From positions 1-52,456 of the IMG/VR virus record IMGVR_UViG_3300034082_002361: 52,456 bases of DNA; one strand, given 5' to 3'. Below, piece after piece: positions 19,359-29,230 of this stretch. The notes under the pieces are model-generated. The model worked only from the letters and a program-made list of their open reading frames with translations. It did not search any database and was not told the DNA's origin. A program made the position numbers and the translations under genes. The DNA is from a virus. Its lineage: Duplodnaviria > Caudoviricetes. Position 1 is the first letter of the stretch; every line of letters begins with the position of its first letter.

Positions 19359-20325
19359 ATTTAAATTCTTAGACATACCAATTATCAGATCCTGCAATTT
19401 AGAATGTGGTGGCTGTTTGACATTTTCCGACAGTAAAAAGATAAAAGGATTGGTAAATTTAGAACAGAGCCGCCCTTGGCTGGAACATTGGGCCGCTCGA
19501 TTGGACCCTTCTGCTGTGACTATATTTGGTGGTGAGCCACTACTGCATCCTAATTTCATTGGTTGGTGCAAACAAGTTCGACAACTTTGGCCTGATGCAG
19601 AATTACGCATTAATACAAATGGATACTATTTAAATACTTTATACGATAAAATTGAGGAGCTGTTTACTGAGGACATCAGACCGCAGTTTATAGTAAGCAT
19701 TCAAACTGGTCATGAACCGTACTACGGCATGGTCAAAGAAAATATCGAGCAACTTAAACAACTAGTATTAGCCCATCTTCAACGCAAGCACCCAGAAAAA
19801 ACCGTCACCTGGAATTTGTGGTTAGATGAACCAGAAATACATAAAAAATGGTGGAGAATTGAGATAGACGGAGTAGACGCCGGAATACGTATCACCAGTT
19901 GCGAGCAATGGCAAATCCCGTGGCAAGCACATTACCAAGGTGTTGAAACTAAATTAAAACCTTTTTACGATTATAATGATCCCTGGCACGTTGACAATCA
20001 CAGTTTCTGTCAGGCAAAAAATTTTATAAATTTGTACGAAGGAAAAATATATAAATGCCCAACAGTGGCAGTACTGAATCAGACTCTACAAACCTTTAAT
20101 TTGGCCGATGATTTGGACTGGGCATCTTATCTGACCAATTATTCCAGCCTAGATATAACAGCAGATAATGATCAAATTACCGCCTGGTTTCAGCAACAGC
20201 AAGGTCCGGAGAAGGTGTGCAACATGTGTGGTTTTAGTGGACCAAACTCAACCAACGGACATCTAAACAGGCACGAGCTTAAAAAAGGCTGGAATTTTGA
20301 AATAGTTCCTACGCAATCGTTGTAA
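19345..20325 (+). CDS. Radical SAM protein with C-terminal Cys cluster
   Basis: CNLECGGC, FGGEPLLHP, NTNG; C-terminal FC..KCP..CNMC. Confidence 0.9.
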   Translation: MNKVKFKFLDIPIIRSCNLECGGCLTFSDSKKIKGLVNLEQSRPWLEHWAARLDPSAVTIFGGEPLLHPNFIGWCKQVRQLWPDAELRINTNGYYLNTLYDKIEELFTEDIRPQFIVSIQTGHEPYYGMVKENIEQLKQLVLAHLQRKHPEKTVTWNLWLDEPEIHKKWWRIEIDGVDAGIRITSCEQWQIPWQAHYQGVETKLKPFYDYNDPWHVDNHSFCQAKNFINLYEGKIYKCPTVAVLNQTLQTFNLADDLDWASYLTNYSSLDITADNDQITAWFQQQQGPEKVCNMCGFSGPNSTNGHLNRHELKKGWNFEIVPTQSL

Positions 20326-20365
20326 CCACAATATCATAAATACTGAATAATATCAAGGATTTGCA

Positions 20366-21739
20366 ATGGCCGTAACACAGATCAGCAGAATACAGCATCG
20401 TAGAGGTTTGCAACAAGACCTGCCCCAGTTGACTACAGCCGAACTTGGCTGGAGCATTGACGAACAACGATTGTTTATTGGAAACGGGACTCTAGAAGAA
20501 CTAGCACCATCAATTGGCGTAACAGAAATACTTACGCAAAAAAACATTGACCGTGGCGACCTAACAAGACTGTTGGGATCATACCAATTTTTTGGTAATG
20601 CTGCTGGCTATGCTGCACAAACTGGCAGTAGTTCACTGAACCCAACATCTCGCAGCATTCAGGCCAAGTTGGATGATATTGTGAATGTTAGAGATTTTGG
20701 TGCTGTTGGCGATGGTACTACCAACGACACTGATGCAATTAATCGAGCACTTACACAAATTTACAAAACTCCCAATCAGGAAACTGGCCTGCTGCCACGC
20801 AGAACTATATATTTTCCTGGCGGCACATATATAACATCAAACACAATTCAAGTTCCCCCTAACGCCAGACTGGTTGGTGACGGAATTAACAGCACCAGGA
20901 TTCAATTGACACAAGGCAACAAGAAAGTTATTGAATTGTGTGATAGCAGGTTCCTGACAGGAGCCAGTATTGGGACAACTGGTGGCATACTGCCAAGTAT
21001 GGTAGAGATACAGCATCTGACCATACACAATTCAAATTTGACTACGTCAGTGCCACTGATCAGTATTGACAGTGCTGCTAACGTAAAAATCAAGGACACG
21101 CTAATATCCAGTAATACATCTGCTGGAACTTATGTTAATCTGGTTGCAGTGAGCTCCACTGTACAACAAACCAGGAACATAGTGATTGATGGATGTATTT
21201 TGGCTCATGGTGGCAATGCTATCACACTAGCAGGTGCCAGTGTTTTAAAATTCCAGGTTTTAAATTCCACATTTGACGACATATCAAATGTCACGGTGGA
21301 TGGCGGATCTGTAAATGGTTATACTGGAATAAACAATTTTCATGGCAATATTGGCGCCGCTGCACGTATGACATCAGCAACATATTGGCACACATACGGT
21401 GAAAACTTTGATAACACTCCTACATTAAATGGAATGTTTTTAGGTAACCTGCAGCGAGGAACAGCAGCAGCAGTTGGGATTGACACCACTGATTCATCAA
21501 TCATGTTGGTAACTGCAAATTCATCTGGCACATTTGATTATGAAATAAGTAGTAGCTCGGCTCGTCGTGTTGGGACCATGATGTTTTCTTCCAATGCTAC
21601 CACAGTTGCGTTTTCTGATGAATTTGCAGAAACTGCTACCAGCTTGTCGGCAAACTTATTTTTAAATGACTTAAATCTCAGATGTTCATTGGCATCAGGC
21701 ACAGCTACTTTTAAATACGCACTTAAAAAATTCAATTAA
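20366..21739 (+). CDS. Tail/baseplate protein with pectate-lyase-like beta-helix
   Basis: NVRDFGAVGDGTTNDTDAI, IYFPGGTY, LVGDG; TAAATA at 20337. Confidence 0.8.
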   Translation: MAVTQISRIQHRRGLQQDLPQLTTAELGWSIDEQRLFIGNGTLEELAPSIGVTEILTQKNIDRGDLTRLLGSYQFFGNAAGYAAQTGSSSLNPTSRSIQAKLDDIVNVRDFGAVGDGTTNDTDAINRALTQIYKTPNQETGLLPRRTIYFPGGTYITSNTIQVPPNARLVGDGINSTRIQLTQGNKKVIELCDSRFLTGASIGTTGGILPSMVEIQHLTIHNSNLTTSVPLISIDSAANVKIKDTLISSNTSAGTYVNLVAVSSTVQQTRNIVIDGCILAHGGNAITLAGASVLKFQVLNSTFDDISNVTVDGGSVNGYTGINNFHGNIGAAARMTSATYWHTYGENFDNTPTLNGMFLGNLQRGTAAAVGIDTTDSSIMLVTANSSGTFDYEISSSSARRVGTMMFSSNATTVAFSDEFAETATSLSANLFLNDLNLRCSLASGTATFKYALKKFN

Positions 21740-21742
21740 CCA

Positions 21743-22192
21743 ATGTTTCAACTACCAACCAGCGAGAGAATCTCTCGCTGGAAATCTTTCAGGCAACAAT
21801 TAAATCAATTGACCATGCCTGACGCAATATTAGAAACCCTGCATTTTTGGCAATCCTGCCCGTTTATCCCTTTTTATCTAGCCGCTGATGATCCTGCAAC
21901 CTGGCCCGATCCTTGGGAATTAATTACGGAAAATTACTATTGTGATCTTGCAAAAACATTGGGTATAGTGTATACTTTACATCTAAGCAGCCATGGGCCA
22001 GAATTAAATCCAGAAATAAGAGTATATTATGATCCCAAGAGCCATTATACCTACCATGTAGCTTACTTGGCTCATGGGAAATATGTTATTAATTTGGCCG
22101 AGGATGAGCTCGTAAATAACACACACATTAATCAAAGATTAATATTAAAATATTGCTACACAGCAGTAGATTTAAAATTAGAACAATACTAG
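21743..22192 (+). CDS. Hypothetical protein
   Basis: 149-aa ORF, WPDPWELI..NYYC. Confidence 0.7.
   Translation: MFQLPTSERISRWKSFRQQLNQLTMPDAILETLHFWQSCPFIPFYLAADDPATWPDPWELITENYYCDLAKTLGIVYTLHLSSHGPELNPEIRVYYDPKSHYTYHVAYLAHGKYVINLAEDELVNNTHINQRLILKYCYTAVDLKLEQY
21948..21976 (+). promoter_or_regulatory. Intragenic sigma70-type promoter, probably driving nrdA
   Basis: TTGCAA-17 nt-TATACT inside the upstream gene. Confidence 0.5.
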
Positions 22193-22200
22193 AGGCGTTG

Positions 22201-24504
22201 ATGACACAAATTCAAGTAACAAAAAGAGATGGCAGCAAAGAATTCTTAGACATAGAAAAAATGCATCGAGTGGTCATGTGGGCCACTGAGGGCATCACAG
22301 GAGTAAGCGCAAGCGAAGTAGAAATCAAAAGTCACATACAATTTTACAACGGTATCAGAACAGTAGACATACAAGAGACCTTGATCAAAAGCGCAGCGGA
22401 TTTAATTAGTGAAGAAACACCCAATTATCAATACGTGGCAGGCAGACTGATCAATTATCATTTGCGTAAACAAGTTTACAACGATTATACACCATGGCCT
22501 TTGTACGATTTGGTAACCAAGAATGTCAGTAGTGGTTTCTATGACAAGGCGTTACAGGATGCCTACACCAAAGATGAATGGACAATCTTGGACAGTTACA
22601 TCAAGCATGAGCGTGATGAGCACTTTACTTATGTGGCCATGGAACAATGGCGCGGCAAGTATCTGGTACAAAATCGTGTTACCAATGAGATTTTTGAAAC
22701 ACCACAGATAGCGTACCTGTTGATTGCAGCTACACTATTTCAAACTTACCCACAAGAGACCCGCTTACAGTGGGTAAAAGATTACTATGACGCTGTTAGC
22801 CTTCATGATATTAGTCTGCCTACTCCTGTTATGGCTGGTGTACGCACTCCGCAAAAGCAATTCTCCTCGTGTGTTCTTATTGAGACTGATGACAGCCTTG
22901 ATAGCATCAATGCTACTGCTAGCAGCATTGTCAAATACGTTAGTCAAAAGGCCGGAATTGGAATTGGTGCAGGGCGTATCCGTGCGCTGGGCAGCCCAAT
23001 CAGAAACGGTGATGCTTACCACACCGGAGTTGTACCGTTTTACAAGTTGTTCCAGAGTGCAACAAGAAGTTGCAGTCAAGGAGGAGTCAGAAATGGTGCT
23101 GCTACACTGTACTATCCCATCTGGCATTTGGAAATTGAGGATCTGATTGTATTAAAGAACAACAAAGGCACAGAGGATAATAGAGTACGTCACATGGACT
23201 ATGGGGTGCAATTCAACAAATTAATGTACGAAAGACTGATCTCAGGTGGCGATATTACCTGTTTTAGCCCCCACGATGTGCCTGAAATGTTTGAGGCTTT
23301 CTTCAACAACCAAGAGCGTTTTAAAGAGTTATATGAGCGAGCAGAACGTAACACCAAGTTAAGAAAGAAAACTTTTAAAGCAGCAGATTTGTTTAGTAGG
23401 TTCATGCAGGAACGCAAGGATACCGGAAGAATATATTTGCAGAACGTAGATCATGCCAACACCCACAGTCCGTTTGACGAGATGGTGGCACCGGTTAAAA
23501 TGAGTAATCTTTGCGCAGAAATAGATTTGCCAACTGTACCATTGAAAGATGTCAATGACGAGGATGGTAGGATCGCTCTGTGTACTCTATCAGCGATCAA
23601 TTGGGGCAATGTAAAAAGCCCACATGACTTTGAAAAAATGTGTCGTTTGGCAGTACGAGGACTGGATGCGTTACTAAGTTATCAGAACTATCCAATCCTG
23701 GCTGCTCGGCTGGCTACCGAGGAGTTTAGACCACTGGGAATTGGTATTATCAATTTCGCCTATTTCCTAGCTAAAAATGATGTTAGTTATAGTGATCCAC
23801 GTGCATTACCTTTAGTAGATGAGTATGCAGAGGCCTGGTCATATTACTTGATCAAAGCCTCTGCGGACCTCGCGGAAGAACAAGGCGCTTGCACCAGATG
23901 GAAAGACTTGAAATCCGCAAAGGGTATATTACCAATAGACACACGTAAACTAGATGTAGACGAGTTAGTGCTATATCAAGAACGTATGCCATGGAAGTCC
24001 TTGCGTGAACAAGTACAACGAACTGGTCAACGCAATGCGACATTGATGGCACTGATGCCCGCAGAAACAAGCGCACAAATCAGTAATGCCACTAATGGTA
24101 TTGAGCCACCGCGAAGCTATGTTAGCATTAAAGGTTCAAAACATGGTCAATTGAAGCAAGTTGTGCCCGAATATCGGCGTTTAAAGAACCGATATGAACT
24201 ACTTTGGGACCAGAAAAACCCCGAAGGTTATTTGAAGCTGTGTGCGGTGCTACAAAAGTATATTGATCAAGGCATTAGTGTAAATACTTCCTACAACCCA
24301 CAGCACTACACAGATGAAAAGATCCCCATGAGTGAGATGTTACAACATCTCATAATGTGTTACAAATATGGTTTGAAACAACTATATTATTTCAATACCT
24401 TTGATGGCCAAGGTGAAATCAATGTAGACAAAATGACTGCTGATATCAAATTAGAAGACCAAGCCGCGCAGGATCAAGCGGATTGTGACAGTTGCGTCTT
24501 ATGA
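22201..24504 (+). CDS. nrdA: Class Ia ribonucleotide reductase alpha subunit
   Basis: ATP cone VTKRDG, QFSSC, SNLCAEI, ALCTL, LYY, C-terminal CDSC. Start placed at MTQIQV. Confidence 0.97.
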   Translation: MTQIQVTKRDGSKEFLDIEKMHRVVMWATEGITGVSASEVEIKSHIQFYNGIRTVDIQETLIKSAADLISEETPNYQYVAGRLINYHLRKQVYNDYTPWPLYDLVTKNVSSGFYDKALQDAYTKDEWTILDSYIKHERDEHFTYVAMEQWRGKYLVQNRVTNEIFETPQIAYLLIAATLFQTYPQETRLQWVKDYYDAVSLHDISLPTPVMAGVRTPQKQFSSCVLIETDDSLDSINATASSIVKYVSQKAGIGIGAGRIRALGSPIRNGDAYHTGVVPFYKLFQSATRSCSQGGVRNGAATLYYPIWHLEIEDLIVLKNNKGTEDNRVRHMDYGVQFNKLMYERLISGGDITCFSPHDVPEMFEAFFNNQERFKELYERAERNTKLRKKTFKAADLFSRFMQERKDTGRIYLQNVDHANTHSPFDEMVAPVKMSNLCAEIDLPTVPLKDVNDEDGRIALCTLSAINWGNVKSPHDFEKMCRLAVRGLDALLSYQNYPILAARLATEEFRPLGIGIINFAYFLAKNDVSYSDPRALPLVDEYAEAWSYYLIKASADLAEEQGACTRWKDLKSAKGILPIDTRKLDVDELVLYQERMPWKSLREQVQRTGQRNATLMALMPAETSAQISNATNGIEPPRSYVSIKGSKHGQLKQVVPEYRRLKNRYELLWDQKNPEGYLKLCAVLQKYIDQGISVNTSYNPQHYTDEKIPMSEMLQHLIMCYKYGLKQLYYFNTFDGQGEINVDKMTADIKLEDQAAQDQADCDSCVL

Positions 24505-25202
24505 AGAATTTAAATGATTATAAATCTGAACAATTTTATGAGTCTTTTAAGGATTCTGATATTACACTAAAGGTGACTGAAGATTTTGATTGTTTATTAT
24601 GGGATAAACATTTTGCTCAGGAAGAGGATCACAATATAACCCCTAGGGAATACCAAGGAAATAGATCATCAATGAGAAAAACTAAATTTTCCATGGTTCC
24701 TTTTTATTATCTATTGCCGCTACTAGAAAATAATCCTGCCCAAATTTATGATCTTGGGTGCGGGTGGAATATTTTTAAAAAATACATTCCTACCATAATT
24801 GGAGTAGGAGCAGAAGATTCTAAATCTTGTTATTTTTATGGTGACGAATCTGATTTTGTAGATGACAATTATATTAAAAATCATTATAATTACTTCGAGA
24901 GTGTGTTTTCAATCAACGCCTTACATTTTTCTCCAATAGAAAACATAAGGCAAAGAGTTTTAGATTTTTCATCCATGGTTAAAACAAACGGAAAAGGGTT
25001 TATAGCATTAAACTCCGCTCGTATGATAGAACAATCAGCTGACGATAGGTTTAAAAACGGAACAATTGATATAGATAGATTTGTCCGACAAGAATTAGAT
25101 AACATGCCATTTCAATATTTGATCTTTGATGTTGATTTTACGGTCATGGACGAGTACATGAATGGCAACATCAGGCTCGTGTTTAAAAATAATAGGAAAT
25201 AA
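24501..25202 (+). CDS. Class I SAM methyltransferase-like protein
   Basis: IYDLGCG motif I and SVFSINALHF. AT-rich, between nrdA and nrdB. Confidence 0.6.
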   Translation: MKNLNDYKSEQFYESFKDSDITLKVTEDFDCLLWDKHFAQEEDHNITPREYQGNRSSMRKTKFSMVPFYYLLPLLENNPAQIYDLGCGWNIFKKYIPTIIGVGAEDSKSCYFYGDESDFVDDNYIKNHYNYFESVFSINALHFSPIENIRQRVLDFSSMVKTNGKGFIALNSARMIEQSADDRFKNGTIDIDRFVRQELDNMPFQYLIFDVDFTVMDEYMNGNIRLVFKNNRK

Positions 25203-25226
25203 CAACAACAAGGACCTTGTTGTTGT
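25202..25226. repeat. Perfect 12-bp inverted repeat with 1-nt centre
   Basis: ACAACAACAAGG-A-CCTTGTTGTTGT. Confidence 0.9.
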
Positions 25227-25254
25227 AACTTTACATAAAAGCGGAATTTAACAA

Positions 25255-26382
25255 ATGAGTGTATTCAATATTAATAATAAAACAGATCATACCAAAGCCT
25301 TGGCGTTCTTGGATGAATCTGGTGCGGCACCAGTACAGCGTTATGATGTATTAAAATATAGACAGTTTGACAAACTGACAGACAAGCAGTTGGGATTCTT
25401 TTGGAGACCCGAGGAAGTAGATGTACTTCGTGATGCCAAAGATTTCAAGGAGTTGACGGAACATGAACAGCATATCTTTACAAGCAATCTTAAACGTCAA
25501 ATACTTTTGGATAGCGTTCAAGGTCGTAGTCCCAATCTTGCTTTTCTTCCTCTTGCTACCATACCTGAACTCGAGACATGGATCCAGACTTGGAGTTTCA
25601 ATGAAACCATACATAGCCGTAGCTATACTCATATCATACGCAACGTCTATGCTAATCCTAGTATCGTGTTTGACGAGCTGACAGAGATCCCGGAGATTGT
25701 TGATTGTGCTACAGATATCAGCAAGTATTATGACGATCTAATTGACTATGCTGGTTACTACAAACTGTTGGGTTATGGTGTTCATGAAGTCAATGGTAAA
25801 ACAGTCACCATTGACAGATACGAGTTAAAAAAGAAATTGTGGATATGTTTAAACAGTGTCAACGCACTAGAAGGTATTAGATTCTATGTCAGCTTTGCTT
25901 GTAGTTGGGCATTTGCTGAGTTGAAAAAGATGGAAGGCAATGCTAAAATCATCAAGTTGATTGCTCGTGACGAAAATGTACACCTGGGATCCACGCAAAC
26001 CTTGCTAAAATTACTACCCCAGGATGATCCTGATTATATCTTGATTAGAGAAGAAACTCGTGCAGAATGTGAAGCAATGTTCTTGGCAGCAGCAGCACAG
26101 GAAAAAGCCTGGGCACACTACTTGTTCAAAGATGGCAGCATGATTGGCCTGAATGAAGTGTTATTGGGCCAATATGTAGATTGGTTGACCTGCAAACGTA
26201 TGGCAGCAGTGGGATTAAATTGTCATATCAAAACAGGATCAAATCCTTTACCATGGACACAAAAATGGATTGCTGGCGCCGAAGTTCAGGTGGCACCGCA
26301 AGAGACAGAAATTTCAAGTTACGTGATTGGTGGCACCAAACAAGACGTGGATGGCAATACATTCAAGGGATTTAGTTTGTAA
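25255..26382 (+). CDS. nrdB: Class Ia ribonucleotide reductase beta subunit
   Basis: FFWRPEEV, LLDSVQ, ETIHSRSY, LEGIRFY, RDENVH, PQETEISSY. Confidence 0.97.
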   Translation: MSVFNINNKTDHTKALAFLDESGAAPVQRYDVLKYRQFDKLTDKQLGFFWRPEEVDVLRDAKDFKELTEHEQHIFTSNLKRQILLDSVQGRSPNLAFLPLATIPELETWIQTWSFNETIHSRSYTHIIRNVYANPSIVFDELTEIPEIVDCATDISKYYDDLIDYAGYYKLLGYGVHEVNGKTVTIDRYELKKKLWICLNSVNALEGIRFYVSFACSWAFAELKKMEGNAKIIKLIARDENVHLGSTQTLLKLLPQDDPDYILIREETRAECEAMFLAAAAQEKAWAHYLFKDGSMIGLNEVLLGQYVDWLTCKRMAAVGLNCHIKTGSNPLPWTQKWIAGAEVQVAPQETEISSYVIGGTKQDVDGNTFKGFSL

Positions 26383-26386
26383 CGGT

Positions 26387-27715
26387 ATGAACATATTTAC
26401 TCCAAACAAATATCAATTGTCCACGAAGATATTCGATGCAATTTTTAGATCAACAAGTAAATCCAGAGTAAAATTTGATATTGTTTATGATTTAAATCTA
26501 GTTCTGGACGAACCTTACAGAATTTGTTTAGTGGAATACTGGACTTCGGATCCCATCAAGATCATAAGAGACTGGTCGGAACAATATCAAAATTTAGATT
26601 TTGGTATATTTGATCTGGTAATTGTTGTTGATTCTTTTTGCAGGAACAATACTGAATTAATACAATCTTTTGTAGAAACAAGAGGAATAAAAAATTATTT
26701 GTTACTGACCGAAGACAGTGTGTCAGACATTGATGAAGCAGTATTTTATCCTTATTATTTACTATATGTGATTGACTATAATGAATTCAGCGAATCAAAT
26801 CATTATTTAGAGAAATCTTTTTTATTTGATGCCTTGTTGGGATCACCTAAAACACATAGATCATATGTGATGAAAAGATTCCAAGACAACGAAAAATTGC
26901 TGGCTCAATCAGTTGTTACGTATAGAGACAGTTTTAGATCTGCTGAAGAAAATTCAACAGGCTATGTACAGTCTTGCCGGCACTTGTCGCTGACAGAGAT
27001 AAGGATCGACGAGATTTGGTTTCCCTATACATCCGCAGGTTATCAATTGGTTGGAAAATACGACACAGTCAATTATAACCCAGCAGCTGAATTAAGCAAA
27101 CAAACTGTCACGGCATCATTAAAGGCCTCAATTGGCGATATTTTTAAATGGGCTGATAGTTACAATTACGATATATCAAAACACGAGTTAACACAGCTGA
27201 CAGATTCTATCATAATTGCAGTAATGTCTAGCCAGCTTGCACTACACAGTGTAGTGCAAGCTTGTGTAGCACACCTGGTACCGTGGAAAATCTACGCCAA
27301 CACCTGGTACAGCATTATCACAGAAACTGAGTGTGAAAATTTTGTTTCAGTGACTGAAAAGATAGGAAGAGTATTTTTCGCCAAGCGGGTGTTTATATTG
27401 TTCGGCGCTGTAGGTTCACTGACATTGCTTAAACAACTGGGATTCAGAACATTTGATTGCGTGATTGATGAAACGTACGACACGGTGCAAGATCCTGTGA
27501 TTCGATGGAAAATGGCATTTGACCAAGTGGAAAAATTAGCCGAACTTGATCCTAGAAAAATTTATGACCTGACTGAAGAGATCAGAGAACATAACTTTAA
27601 TCGACTGCGTGAGTATTACACGGAAACGCAAAACAAAGTTCAAGATTTAATATGGTGTCATATGGCATATGGACGCAATGCTGTCAGAATGATGCAGGCT
27701 TTGCATAAAAAGTAA
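26387..27715 (+). CDS. Glycosyltransferase-like protein
   Basis: C-terminal SIITETE..VTEK..GFRTF..IDETYD block, shared with 49114-50337 and reminiscent of the GT10 TEK motif. Confidence 0.5.
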   Translation: MNIFTPNKYQLSTKIFDAIFRSTSKSRVKFDIVYDLNLVLDEPYRICLVEYWTSDPIKIIRDWSEQYQNLDFGIFDLVIVVDSFCRNNTELIQSFVETRGIKNYLLLTEDSVSDIDEAVFYPYYLLYVIDYNEFSESNHYLEKSFLFDALLGSPKTHRSYVMKRFQDNEKLLAQSVVTYRDSFRSAEENSTGYVQSCRHLSLTEIRIDEIWFPYTSAGYQLVGKYDTVNYNPAAELSKQTVTASLKASIGDIFKWADSYNYDISKHELTQLTDSIIIAVMSSQLALHSVVQACVAHLVPWKIYANTWYSIITETECENFVSVTEKIGRVFFAKRVFILFGAVGSLTLLKQLGFRTFDCVIDETYDTVQDPVIRWKMAFDQVEKLAELDPRKIYDLTEEIREHNFNRLREYYTETQNKVQDLIWCHMAYGRNAVRMMQALHKK

Positions 27716-27763
27716 ATCTTAATTCAACAATTACTTAAATACAAAAACAACTAATAAAATATC

Positions 27764-28009
27764 ATGCTTACAATATATTCAAAAAACAACTGCCCTTACT
27801 GTGTTCGGGCAAAAACTCTACTAGAAAACAAAGGCGTTTCGTATACTGAAGTTAACATAGAATACGACCAAGATGCTAGACAAATGCTAGTAGATCAAGG
27901 TCTAAGAAGCGTACCGCAAATTTTTCATGGATATGAACTAATTCCTGGTGGATTTGATGGTCTCAGTAAACAATCAACAGAATTTTTTAATAAAATCAAA
28001 GGACAATAA
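27764..28009 (+). CDS. Glutaredoxin
   Basis: CPYC, SVPQIF, GGFD. Confidence 0.93.
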   Translation: MLTIYSKNNCPYCVRAKTLLENKGVSYTEVNIEYDQDARQMLVDQGLRSVPQIFHGYELIPGGFDGLSKQSTEFFNKIKGQ

Positions 28010-28323
28010 TGTTAGTATCAAGAAAAAAGTACGATCAAGGCGATGTGGTCAGCTTTCGCTTGTCCACCGGCGATGAAATTATTGCTCGCGTGGCCGAAGA
28101 AGCCAATGACGAATATGTGTTAGAACGACCTTGCACAGTGCTACCAAGTGCCCAGGGCATGGGCCTGATTCAAACTGTGATGACAGCTGATCAAGACCAT
28201 AAATTCACTCTCAGCAAGCATCATGTGGTCATGCACGGAATGAGCATTGATGCCATGCAAAAACATTACATCAAGACCACAACTGGCATTGAGCCCATCA
28301 CCAGAGGCAGCATAATTACCTAA
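28009..28323 (+). CDS. Hypothetical protein (possible Sm-like fold)
   Basis: RLSTGDEIIARV pattern; TAATG-coupled. Confidence 0.6.
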   Translation: MLVSRKKYDQGDVVSFRLSTGDEIIARVAEEANDEYVLERPCTVLPSAQGMGLIQTVMTADQDHKFTLSKHHVVMHGMSIDAMQKHYIKTTTGIEPITRGSIIT

Positions 28324-28784
28324 TGGCATATACATTATCGCCTACCACACTGGCCCTGATTGCCGAGGATACAGATTTTGCAAGAACAGTAACTATTGCG
28401 ACTGATCCTGCAGATCCGCTTATCAGCGACATAGTAGTGACCTTGGGCGATAACACAGCCGGCAACATTCTAGTAACGACTGACACTGTGGCCAACACTG
28501 TGGTAATTTCTGGCAGGTATAACGATAACTTTGTTAAAATAGTCAATTACCTGGACGCTGAAAAACAACCGCAGACAATCACTTCAAAAACAGCATTTGC
28601 AGAATTACCCGTAGGCTACTTGTTGGTAAACGAGTACCTGGCCTCCACGTCAACCAGTGCAACCGCAACATATGCAGTAACAGTAAACGGAGCCAATCTT
28701 GGGGTGGTCACACAAGAAATAAATAACAACTACACCCCAGGCCAAACAGCCCTGGTTGCAGCAGTAGCCGGAGCCCAAGTATAA
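28323..28784 (+). CDS. Hypothetical probable baseplate-associated protein
   Basis: T/V/A-rich, coupled to the PAAR gene. Confidence 0.55.
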   Translation: MAYTLSPTTLALIAEDTDFARTVTIATDPADPLISDIVVTLGDNTAGNILVTTDTVANTVVISGRYNDNFVKIVNYLDAEKQPQTITSKTAFAELPVGYLLVNEYLASTSTSATATYAVTVNGANLGVVTQEINNNYTPGQTALVAAVAGAQV

Positions 28785-29080
28785 TGCCACCAGTCACAAG
28801 AACCAATCTAGATGCCAGCACCGGACACGCAGGATACGTGCCACGACCCAACACTCCAAATGGCAGTACAGATGTTTTTGTCAACGGACAAGGAGCAGTA
28901 CGAGTCACAGACGCTTGGCCTGATCATACCGATCCTGGACCACCAGACACTCACGGTGGCGTTCAAAGTTCAGGATCTGCAACCGTGTTTGTCAACGGTT
29001 TGGCCTTGGCCAGAATTGGCGATTCTATCAGTTGCGGCGACGCAGTAGCCGCCGGCAGTCCAAATGTGATTTCGGGCTAG
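28784..29080 (+). CDS. PAAR-repeat spike tip protein (T4 gp5.4-like)
   Basis: GSTDVFVNG, GSATVFVNGLALARIGD, His/Cys metal ligands, GSPNV. Confidence 0.9.
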   Translation: MPPVTRTNLDASTGHAGYVPRPNTPNGSTDVFVNGQGAVRVTDAWPDHTDPGPPDTHGGVQSSGSATVFVNGLALARIGDSISCGDAVAAGSPNVISG

Positions 29081-29115
29081 CACCAAAACTATTAGCCATA
29101 AACAGCTAATATAAC

Positions 29116-29144
29116 TTGCAAAAAACCAGAATTTATGTTATAAT
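29116..29144 (+). promoter_or_regulatory. sigma70 promoter with extended -10
   Basis: TTGCAA-17 nt-TATAAT preceded by TGn. Confidence 0.75.
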
Positions 29145-29230
29145 AACATCAGTTATTGGGTTATAGCAGTTGTTTTCTCAAAAAACTTGTAGTTATATAA
29201 AACTACACCCTGATTTAAGGAGGAATAAAA

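Noticed and set aside
22201-26382. Intron, intein or homing endonuclease in the nrd locus
   Set aside because: Both genes are continuous and of normal length; the intervening ORF has a methyltransferase-like motif, not HNH, GIY-YIG or LAGLIDADG.
29081-29230. tRNA or structured ncRNA in the larger intergenic gaps (also 10973-11042)
   Set aside because: No cloverleaf or T-loop motif; only promoters and short weak hairpins such as TGTAGTT/AACTACA at 29188-29207.
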